NCBI GenBank assembly: GCA_013265495.1
Contig: MU057700.1
Coordinates: forward strand, 310,001-374,000
Reading direction: 5' to 3'
From: Vicugna vicugna
Lineage: Eukaryota
DNA length: 64,000 nt
Numbering within the stretch: position 1 is the stretch's first letter; the number at the start of each line of letters is the position of its first letter. The notes below the pieces were generated by a model that was not told the origin of the DNA, made no database searches, and saw only the letters and a program-made list of their open reading frames with translations. Positions 51,999 through 62,274 of this stretch are shown one piece after another. The position numbers and the translations under genes are program-made.

Positions 51999-53130
51999 GG
52001 CACTGTGTTGGGTGCCAAAGACAAGTAACATCAGATGGATCATTCTGACAAGTGTTTCTGGGGAAAACTAAACTTATGGATTTCAGCCAGATAGATGGCA
52101 CTAATACTCATATTATTATAGGTAAAACAGAAAAATGTGCCAAAGGCAGCCAGTCATACAGTGAAAATAATTCAAAGAGTCAAGTATAATAGCTACTTGA
52201 TAGCTATGTAATCTTGGGCATAATATTTAACCTTTCTGGCCTTCATCCATAAAAAGTAGTAGTTTGTCTGGATGGCCAAGGTTCTCTCCAAGATGTTACA
52301 ACTCCTTTGATTAAAGACAAACTAAAAATACACATATACATACACACACATTCTTATTTTTTGGAGGATAAAACTGATTTAAATGCACATGCTGTTTAAT
52401 CCAACAATTTGCAATTCCACTTTTAAGATTCTATACTACAGAAATATTCATACTAGTTTATAAAGCCACATGCATAAGATGTTTACTAGTGTTATATATA
52501 ACAGCAAAATAAAAATAAAAACAACTTAAAGTCCATCAATAGGAGAAAGGTTAAGTAAACTGCAAACATTCACGCAACAAAATATCTAAAAGGAATGAGC
52601 TAGATCTAGATGTGCTGACAGAGATAATGCCTATACAATGTTAACAAATTACAAATATCTGTTTTCGTCTGTACAACAGGCTTGGGAGCCAGATGGCCTA
52701 AATTCATGTAACTGCTCTACTACTTTTTAACTCAATACAGACAAGGTTTCTTAATCTCTCCATAAACTTGTTTTCTCACCTGTTAAGTGGGGATAATTAC
52801 AGATCCTACCTTGCGGTGTTATTGTAACAGTTAACCAAGTAAAACATGACAAGCATTAAGTGTACAATACGTTTTAGGTATTATTCCCCATTATCCAAAA
52901 TTTTGTTTCATTGTTGTTGTTACTGGTTAAACCTATCAGTCTTTTCCTGCATGACATCTTGATTTTGGTTTCCCCACCAGAAATAGTCCTAATATAAAAT
53001 TTATCTTCTCAAATAGTCAATTCTTACCACTTTTTAAGCAATCCATGGGCCAGTCACTAATTTGAAATGCTACCTTTATTATTAGCAAAATTCTTATATA
53101 TATATGGAAGTCTATTTCTGACCTCTAAAT

Positions 53131-53401
53131 CAGAGGTTAGCAAACATTTTTGGTAAAGAGTCAAATAATAAATATCACAACCAGTCAGCTCTGTCTTGTA
53201 GCACAAAAGCAGCCTAGAAAATGCATAAATGAATGGCATAGATGTGTTCCAATGAATGCCGAAATTTGAACTTCATATAATTTTCATGTCACAAAGAATT
53301 ATTCTTTTGTTTTTTTTTCCCAAGCACTTAAAAATATAAAAGCCACTCTTAGGTCACAGATCATACTAAAATATGTGGTCAGCCAGACTTGGCAACCCAT
53401 G
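53131..53401. mobile_element. MER58B-like hAT-Charlie element
   Basis: cagaggttagcaaacatttt...ttggcaacccatg; 8-bp TSD ctctaaat / ctctaaac. Confidence 0.8.
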
Positions 53402-54759
53402 CTCTAAACCCTTACAGTTTTTACACTCCTAAAATTTTTTTATATTTATAAAATTCCACAAAATAAATACATGTGATCAAAAGGTTAAACATGCTATAAG
53501 GGCGTACAGTGAAACCTCCTCCTTCTATCCCAGAGGCCCAGTTCACCTCTCCAGTTTTTGTGTATCCTTTCAAATGTACTGCCACTATTAAACATCTCAG
53601 CATAAAAGCCTTATATGTGTAAGTAAAGAAAAAAGTTTTACTGTTTTTTAAAATCACTATTTCTTGAATTCCACATCTATTTTCTTGGATTAATTTTTCA
53701 TTTGATATAGTATATCCTGAGGTATTCCGAGTGAGTCTGGGTAAAAATGATGTTATTTTGCTCCCACTTTGAATAACAGTTCGCTTAGGGATAAGATTCT
53801 GAGTTCAGAGTATGTCCGATGAGTACTTTTAAAACACTGCTTCACTGTCATCTAACATTCCATGTACCAGATGAGAAGTCTAATCTGGCTGCCCAAGACT
53901 CTGCCTGGATACTCCTATCCTCTCGATCTGTTATCTCTGCGGTTATTTCTCCTCTTCCAATTTCTATTCCCTCCTGGAACTCCTATTAGATGTACATTGG
54001 CTCCCCTGGATCTATTTTCCATGGCATGGCTATTTTATCCTATTTTCTATATTTTAATATTGAAGCTTATTTTCAGAGCAGCCTGTGTATGTTCAGTAAG
54101 CATGATAACCTCCCAAATCTGAGCATACTAATATTTACCTCAGAGTTCTCTTCTCTTACATGAACTCCATTCTTCAGGTCTAGTCATTGTATTTGTTCAG
54201 TCTAGGGCATCTCTTACATGCTACTGATTTCGCACAAATGTTTAGTGACTTTTGTTGTCTGTTCCCATTACAAACATATCAGTATCTCAGCACAGGTGGA
54301 AATCACTGCACACCTCTAGCAAATTTACATTTATAACTAACTTTATAATTCAGTTTTACATTTATATCTAGGACTTCTGCAGTACAATAACAATGTTAAT
54401 TTCTTTGACTTGCAATCCCATGATTCTTCTATCCATTTTTAGTCACATCCTTCCAGTGTTTCATTTCCCCTAACAACCACTAACTTGAGTAACACAGTTC
54501 TCACCAAAGTGTTATACAACCAGCTGTATCTAACAGACTTGTCTAACAGTTAAACAAATAATGACAGTTAGGTAGAAGACTGTCACAGATCACAATCCAA
54601 GGTGTAAAAATAATAATATGGTAATAAATCACTTAAATCTTGAAATCATAATAGTTATGCTTTTAACCAGTCTTTCATATCTTAGAGTTTAAATAACAAA
54701 CTGTATTTAAAAAAAAAAAAAACTCCATGCTGGTTAAAACGTAATTTTCCACCTGCCTT

Positions 54760-55285
54760 ATGATTTAGCCATTTCACAGCTGACAGAAAGGCACAGATGC
54801 TTACCAAGAAATTTATAAGACTGTTCACAGCATTCTTCAAAATACATAAAACTGAAAACATAAATACCCACCAATAGGAGAGTAGTCATATAATCATGCA
54901 ATGGATTACTACCCAGCAATAAAAAAGAATGAACTACTAATACATGAAACATTATGGGTGAATCCCATAAGTAATATGCTGAATATATTGTATAATCAAG
55001 CCCCAAACTGACAAAACTAATAGATGATGACAGAAATCAGAATACTGATAGGGAGTGGGGTGGGGGGGGGGCAGGCATACAACTGACTTGAAAGAGGCAG
55101 GGAGAAACTCCTGGGTTGGTGGAAATGTTGTATAGGTATAATTTGATCTAGCTGGTGGACGCACAAGTTTTAGTATATGTGCTGCCGAAGTGAGCACAAT
55201 GCACAAGTTAATAAACATAAAAGTTCACTGAGCTGTACAATTAAGATTGATGCACTTAAGGACTTCATATATATTTTATACCTCA
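54760..55285 (+). mobile_element. Old L1 3'UTR fragment (host of the U6 insertion)
   Basis: atgcaatggattactacccagcaataaaaaagaatgaactact...tatattttatacctcaatcaaa. Confidence 0.75.
55168..55197 (-). pseudogene. 3'-truncated (tailless) U6 snRNA retrocopy, U6 nt 1-30
   Basis: Minus strand GTGCTCACTTCGGCAGCACATATACTAAAA equals the U6 5' end with 1 mismatch; TSD acgcacaagtt / atgcacaagtt. Confidence 0.92.
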
Positions 55286-56247
55286 ATCAAAGAGTTAAAG
55301 AAAAAACCCCCATAATTTCCGGACCGATGGAACTAAAACTGTATGTCAAAATTGCCTGAGCCATAAATATTGGAAATCCAACACCCTTTTTACATTCTTT
55401 AAGTCATAATGACAATTTTAAAATACGGTATCAGAAGAATAATACAAAACGAACGTTAACGTTCTCAGTCATAAAATACTTAGCTTCCTACTTCCACGTT
55501 CGAAAGTACTATTTTAATACAACATTAATTTCACCAGAAATGAAGGCCCAGCTCCTGAGAACCCCCAATGACAGTTAAATGTCCAGACATCGCATATAAA
55601 TCTCAAGAGTAGGCTGAATAAAAGCTAAAGATTTATAATCAAATTTTCATTCTGCCAATAACATCATCATAAATAAAAGCTTCACCATTGCGTTTACAAT
55701 TATGCCTCAGCAAGTTGCTCAGAAAGAGCGTAATTTTCAAGATGAAGTCTGAAAATGCAAAAGATTTCCCGTCCCGTAGTCTCTTCGGGCCCCACTAATT
55801 CCTACACAAATGTGCATCTTTTAAAGGCGCCTAGCGTCTGGCAGAAATAGAGAGGCTGCTGTCGGAGACTATTTTAATGCAATAAAGAGGAAACAGCTGA
55901 CTACAAAGTTTATCTACTGAGGGGAGCATAGATGGTGCTGAGTTAGTTAAAAAAAAAAAGATTAAAAATAAAACACTAGCAAACCAACGGCTTCTGCCAG
56001 CACTGTTCTTAAAAGCCAACTAAAACCACTCCGAAAAACCACGGCTTTTCCTGACACCCGAGCAGACTCTGGAGGGTTTGCTCGTGAGGCGGCCCCACAG
56101 GGACAGGACCCCCGGAGAGCCTGTCCGTGAGGTGACCCGACTCGGACAGGGACCCATAGTCCGGGGCCCGCGTCCCAGCGCCCTCACGGGCCGGGCCCGA
56201 GCCGTGGGAGTCGCGGGCGGGCGAGGCCAGGTGGGCCGAGTACTCAC

Positions 56248-56395
56248 CGCGTTCACCCGTCCGCTCACCGCGCTTGCCGCCCCGCCGCCAGCTCCCCAGC
56301 CGCGGGCACACCTGGGCGGCGCCCAGCACACTGGGGCCACCACCCCTTCACCGCCCACTCTCCGGGCGCGCCGCCGCGCCGACAACCTCCACTTC
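56248..56395 (-). other. CSGALNACT2: CSGALNACT2 non-coding exon 1 (5' end approximate)
   Basis: Consensus donor GTGAGT at 56247-56242 inside the CpG island, just downstream of ETS and GC boxes; an alternative gtgagc donor lies ~20 nt upstream. Confidence 0.65.
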
Positions 56396-56586
56396 CGGCG
56401 CGCGTGAGGAAATGAGGCGGCCTTCACGGCGCGCGCCCGCCAAGCCCCGCCCACGCTCGCCCCGGCCTCGACAGCCCCGCCCACGACCCAGCCCCGCCCA
56501 CTCCCCTGCCACGCCTGGTGTTTGGCATAGAAGCTCAATAATTGGCGTCCAGTACTGATTAATCCATTATCTGTAACAAGTATGTC

Positions 56587-56616
56587 TGTGTGTGTGTGTG
56601 CGCGCGCGCGCGCGTA
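56587..56616. repeat. (TG)7(CG)7TA alternating purine-pyrimidine tract
   Basis: Read directly from the sequence. Confidence 0.95.
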
Positions 56617-57219
56617 GCTCAAAAAACCATCTGTGGAGGCTAAGAGAGAGCTGGAAGCGGGAAAGCACTCTTGCCGGAGCAAGCGTTTGCAAGGACGCGA
56701 GTACTAACTCCCGTCGGACGGTTGGCTTTGCAGGAGGGAGGGACTCCGCGGGGGATGGCTGGACTTCCCTGCCCGGGAGCCCTGTCCTGGGAGCTCGAGG
56801 GGGCGATGAGTGTCTGCGTGGGCACTGAGCTAAGAAGTGACAGGCCGCCAGAGGTGTCAGAGCATCCTCAAGAGTGCTGGGCTGCGCGTGAGGCCCCAGC
56901 AAAGGAAGCCCTGGACTGCTTGCCAGTCACATTTCTTTGAACCTGAATTTCCTTATATGTGGAAGGAGGGGCTTGAGGTAGATTTTCTGGAAAACGGCTT
57001 TGAGGGCTGACATTTTACGACTTTAGTAACTGGAAAAAAAAGAAAAGCCCTCCCTGACATCCCCTCCACTCAGCTGCTTATTCCAGGTTCATCCCCAAGG
57101 CACTTTGTCCAGCTCTGAGCTGAGCAGGTTGAGGGGATACCAGGCAGCACCAGCCCCTGCTTGTGTCTGGGCAGGACACGGAGGTGCTAAGAGGGGCTCT
57201 GCCTCCCATCTGGGCTCTG

Positions 57220-57415
57220 CTTTCCTTAGCGGGTTACCTGGGCAGGTTATGTGGGCTTGGCCTCTCTAAGCCTCAGTTTCCTGAGCTGTGTTATGGGGAC
57301 AAAATAATAGCAAATGCTTCTTAAGATTGTTGTGAAGATTAAACACAGTTTTGTATTTGAAGTGTTTGGTACTGTGCCTGGCAGGAGGCAGGCAGTCAGA
57401 ATTCATTGTCATCAT
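57220..57415 (+). mobile_element. MIR SINE
   Basis: ctctctaagcctcagtttcct...aataatagc...gattgttgtgaagattaaa...gtactgtgcctggca. Confidence 0.75.
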
Positions 57416-58951
57416 TAAGTGCTTTAGTTACAGCAGATGTCTGGGGTGACTGTGGGGTGCATTCTGTAGGAGTGGCAGTGTCCAGGGGGATTTGTTCCTA
57501 ATCACAGCTGTCTTTGTTGGGTGATGGTTGTTGGGATGTCTTTCATCCAGATGTTTTCCTTGGAAATGCCCTGTGGGAGATCCCATGGATAGAAGAGTCT
57601 GGACAGTCTACTTCTAAGCCAGGTTTTCTGAATGTCCAGTCTCTATCCAACTTCAAGGTCTTGCTCCTTTCTCATGTCATTTCTGAGCAAATGAAAACAT
57701 TTATAGTCCTACCATCCACTTTCCTCCAACATGGCCCAAGAGTAAAAATTCATCTAGTCATAGATTCCATAGGTCTATAAGCTCCCAAAAATAAGGACTG
57801 TGTCTTTTTCATCTTCCAGCACTTTGCACATAGTAAGTGTTCAATAAATATGAATTGAATTGATTAAAATAAGAACATATAACAGTCCCTCCCTTGTCTA
57901 GAATCTCGGCCACTTGACCAACTCCTCGAGCAGATAGCATGCCTGACTGTGTGTACTGCCTGTCATAATTAAGCTTTTGGTCTGGTTGGCCGGTTATGCT
58001 CTAGTGTGAGTCTCCTGACATCCCTGTGGAGTAAGTTATGGTCCTCAGTTTGCAATGGAGAAAACGGAAACTCAGAGGAAACTGCAGAGGCTCTCCCAGG
58101 ACAGGCCTAGCATGAAATCATAGCATAGGGTTAGGATTAGTGTCATTTCTTTAAAACTGTTCTTTGAATCCTCCATTAGAATTGTTTTTAAAATAATTAA
58201 GGTTCTGCCATCAATGGATTTAAATTGTAAGCTTATTATTATTATTTTAACTGCCAAATCAAATACTAAATGTATATAATTTGAATTTGGAGAGAAGACA
58301 ATGCATAATTCAAATTTTACAGCAGATAATGGGTGATATACTGGGGCTTATAAAATAAGTAGTTCCCTTGGGAAAAATACTAAAGTACAGTTTTGGTATG
58401 ATTAATATCAGAAGAATGTAGTTTTAAAAAAAACTAAAATTTCCCACCAATCTCTAATCTGAGGCTTTTTTTGAAACTATAAAGCTTTCCCGTCCTCCAG
58501 CCTGTCTTTGAGTCTCTGCCAAAAGTCGTGGGTCTGACTCCCTTGTTACTGCAAGCTTTGAATAAACAGTCTTTGCCTATTTCATTTGGGCAGTCTTCAT
58601 TTGTTTCCATTTTTCCTGGTGGCCCCACCAAGATATGGCTGCACCAGAGTCTGCTTTTTGCCTTAGACTGCAGCCTTCAATCGGGTGCAGGACCCTCGGA
58701 GATCCCCTTTTGCCTTGAGATTCTTGGTTTTTCCAGTCCACAAGGCACTGGGTCTTACCTCTGCTCTCTTTGCGTTGAGTTCCCTGGATATTTATTCGCG
58801 GTTTGGTACTCAGGTTTTGTTGTTGATTCCCATTTGTTTGGCATCTTTGATAGAATCGGGTCGTTCTTTCGCATCCTTTTTTGCTGTCTTCCGTGTTACT
58901 GTATTGTGTTAGGTAATGCTTGTCATAAGAAGGAGGATCAAAGAGTAGAAC

Positions 58952-59283
58952 TGTATGTTATCACTTGTATGTGGAATCTAAAAAGTAAAACAAATGAATG
59001 TATATAACACAACAGAAACAGACTAACAGTTACAGAGAATAAACTAGTGATTACTTGTGGGGAGAGGAAAGAGGGGAGCAGCAAGATAGGGGTATGGGAT
59101 TAAGAAATACAAACTACTACATATAAAATAAATAAGCAACAAGGATATATTGTACAGCACAGGGAAATATAGCCATTATTTTGTAATAGCTTTAAATGGA
59201 GTACAGTCAATGAAAATATTGATTCACTATGTTATACACCTGAAACTAATATAACGTTGTAAATCAACAGTACTTCAATAAAC
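58952..59283 (+). mobile_element. 5'-truncated L1MA-type 3' end inserted in the ERV leader
   Basis: tgtggaatctaaaaag...aaggatatattgtacagcacagggaaatatagcc...tacacctgaaactaatataac...cttcaataaa. Confidence 0.88.
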
Positions 59284-59584
59284 AATTTTTCACAAGTCAT
59301 AGTCAAAATAACACAAAGTGTTGTTTGTCATAAGAAGGAGAAGCAAAGCCTAGAACATAGGCACTAGGACCCTGTTGCTGCAGACAGCCTCACTGACCTG
59401 TGAGTCTGGGGTTCTCACCAGACGGGCATCCACTAGGACACATTTTATTGCAGTTGCCAAGGAAACTGGATGTGGTTCTTCCACCTCGATTTTGTGTCTG
59501 GAGAGACATGAGGTGCACAAGCATTACATTCCTTCCCACTCTCGTGGTGTTGCCCAAGTCTAAATCCTCTCCCCCTCCAGGAAA

Positions 59585-59734
59585 ACTCCTGCTTCTTATA
59601 TGTACCCTCTCTGCAATCCCAAATCTTGCACCTATCTCTCTAAAGGGCGTAACATCACCAAGGATACTTTGGGCCTTCAGTGGCCACTCCAAGGAACGTT
59701 CAATCTGAACAAGTTTATTTGCGAGGTGGTTTAG
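59585..59734 (+). pseudogene. ERV gag matrix remnant (TPASYMYPLCNPKSCTYLSKGRNITKDTLGLQWPLQGTFNLNKF)
   Basis: WPxxGTF motif typical of gammaretroviral-type MA; follows the PBS and leader. Confidence 0.7.
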
Positions 59735-59843
59735 AAAAGAAGAGGGTTGGATCAAGACCCTGTCTAATTCTTTTTTTATATATATTTTTAATTTGCTTGC
59801 TTACTCTTATTTGCTGCAGATCCCTGGTTGTCATTCAACAATA

Positions 59844-61065
59844 ATGGCCCCTTTCCTCTTGTCTGTCCTCTTTATTACAATGGTTAGGTCAGAACATACT
59901 AATTCTAATGCCATTGTTAGATTATCCCAAACAGTAGCCACTGCCCTAGATCTTAAACTGGCTGCTGAATCTACCATCCATCCCCAGGTCCCCATGATGA
60001 AAACCGCAAGGAAGTTTTAGTCTCATCAAAGGAGACAATAGGGAATCACAGCTGACGGCAGCTCCATTTGCAATGTGGAAATGATCTTAAACAAGTTAAC
60101 CTGTGACTTTTCCTAGTGTCCTGCTTTCCCAGAAAAAGAACCAGTTACTACAACCTATTGACCAGATCTTAGGTAATTCTAAGTTTGAATTCAACAATCT
60201 TTCATAGGGTGATGAGTCACATATTTGCCACGTGTAAGAGACCAACAGAGATCTAAATCTGTAACCCAGCTCACATAAGTCCTGGTTCCAGCCTTCCGTC
60301 ATGAACAACTTCTTTCCTAGATCTCCAGGTGTCCCTACCAGATACTATACCTTTTGCAGTCAGGATGCCTCGTCCTGTTTGCTTCAGACTAACTTCTCAT
60401 GCCTGTTAGGAATGATATTCCAAGACTTGTCTGTACACAGAGACCCTAAGTCTATAAATTACCAAAGATGAAAATTCCGAGCTCCAAACAAAGCCACCCT
60501 TGATTATTCAGCACTGCACCTGGGGGAATTACTGACTCACTGTTCATGTGAACAATTAGAGCAGTGTTCCCATCAGTAGGGATCGTACATAAAGGACAGT
60601 GAGAAACTTATCACCAACTCTGGCAGGAGTCGTTAGCAGTACCACCTCTTCCCTACATGGAACACAGATCAGTCTCATCTTGTTGCATCGTTTTAGATTT
60701 CTTGTTAGTTAGTCATGATTGGTGCCACTCCTAATACCATACTTGGATCACTGAAACAGGGAAGCTGGGACCGACTATACAATGCCTTGCCTATAAGGCA
60801 AAGCTACTTGGCTCTCTAAATTTGATCCTCGTGGCCTATATGGGGTTTGTTCTTGACTTGGGTTGTGTTCTCGGTTCAAAGCATTTTACAGGGATTATTA
60901 ACTGTACTTGTGTTTGTCACAGTGCTCACGATGCTGGTCCACTGCATTCTACCTGGGGTCTGGAATGCTTCTGTGTAGCCACTTTCCTGTCAGATGACCA
61001 CCATGATGATGCAACAACAGAATGGCCAAGAATACCTCACAATACAGTTAACAATGGAGATGACT
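59844..61065 (+). pseudogene. ERV env remnant with frameshifts and stops
   Basis: Signal peptide MAPFLLSVLFITMV; NAIVRLSQTVA then degenerate GC*IYHP (CWIC-like); PGGITDSLF..IRAVFPSVG; VRNLSPTL; IVLDFLL (ISD-like); TWITETGK; ATWLSKFDP; TM VQSILQGLLTVLVFVTVLTMLVHC. Confidence 0.78.
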
Positions 61066-62274
61066 GAACAATCAGTCTCTAAGCAGTGAAGCTCTGGATT
61101 TCCAAGCTTCCCTGAATTCATCAATCTTCAAGCAAGAAAATGACCAAAAGAGGGGACTGAGAGACCAAATATGCAAACAGACAATGGCCAGACCACATAT
61201 AACTGAAGAACTCTGACCCACAACCTCTGCAGTAACCAGCCCAGAATGGTCAGGATTTGATCAATGGCTGTCAGAGTCCCAATTTTTTTTGCCCCGGTTT
61301 TCAACTTGGAACCAATTAGAAAAAGCCAAATACATTCTCCAAGTGAATCACATAAGAAGCTTCTAGTTAGCCTGCCTCCAGCTTCCCCATGCCAACAACT
61401 TCCAATCACAGCATATCTGAAGCTTCCCGCACTTTTTTTTTCCCTGTAAAGCTTTCCCACTCCTCTGCCTGCCTTTGAGTCTCTGCCAAAAGCAAGTGAT
61501 GGCAGCCTCTTCTCTTGCTATAGCAAGTTCAGAGTGAATAATCCCTGCTTATTCTTTTTCTAAAATTTATTTACATTGTGTCATTTACATTGTGTTAAAT
61601 TGTGTCAATTTCTGGTACCCCTGCTCATTCTCATTTTGGTGGTCTTCATTTATCACTACAGAGCTAATGATGATAGGTAATTTGACCTCTCTTAAAAAAT
61701 ATAATTTTCTGCCACAAAACTTCTTTTAACTCCTTTCAGTGACTATCTTGTGAGAGACCAGAACCCTTCTCTCTTCTGTGTCATTCCTACCCTTAAAAAC
61801 TGCTTCCTGTAATCTGACCTTTCTTTCCTATACATTCATGAGGTCTCCCAACCCCTTTACCCCAGAGTTCTGAGCAATCCCAGAGCTTTGGCCTCTCAAA
61901 CTCTATGGCCACAGAGGCTCAAGGAAAAAATTCAAGCTCTTTAAAACTCCCAGAATAAAAGGTAAAAAAATATGGAGCAAGTCACGTGCTCTTGTTGAGA
62001 GGAGCCTCCAAGGACAGAGGCTGAGACGCAGGCACATGTGAGCTCCCTGGAGACCCCCGGACAAAGTCCCTTGCCTCAGGTAGCAAGAGGCAGCCTTATG
62101 TTCTTCCTCCTCCTGGGCTAGAACCTTCCCAACCCACAGGAATGACCTCCCTCCATGAGGGAAATGACAAGTGCAGAAGAGGACTGGAGTGCAGACGAGA
62201 AACATGTCTCATCAAAAAGGATACAGTTTACTCTCTACTGTTTATAAAACTGACATCGATAAATAAAAACACGG

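Larger units (their letters stand above)
56030..56900. promoter_or_regulatory. CpG island promoter of CSGALNACT2
   Basis: Dense CpG; CCGGAAGT (ETS/GABP) on - at 56391-56398; three ccccgccc GC boxes 56444-56499; CCAAT on - at 56541-56545; no TATA seen. Confidence 0.88.
58440..61660 (+). mobile_element. Decayed ERV1-like (MER4-group; MER39/MER34-like LTR) provirus: partial 5'LTR, PBS, gag-MA, env, PPT, 3'LTR
   Basis: Homologous LTRs 58440-58609 and 61158-61660 share aaagctttccc...ctttgagtctctgccaaaag; PBS 58617-58634; PPT aaaagaggggac before TG at 61158; CA end at 61660. Confidence 0.85.

Noticed and set aside
55168..55197. Functional U6 snRNA gene
   Set aside because: Only the first 30 nt are present; the ACAGAGA box and catalytic core are missing, and it is flanked by a TSD.
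56009..56940. ORFs up to 220 aa over the CpG island
   Set aside because: Arg/Ala/Gly/Pro-rich translations typical of GC-rich promoters; no domain signal.
59793..61067. Domesticated syncytin-like env gene
   Set aside because: Many stops and frameshifts, a mutated CWIC motif, and no intact furin site or CX6CC that I could read.
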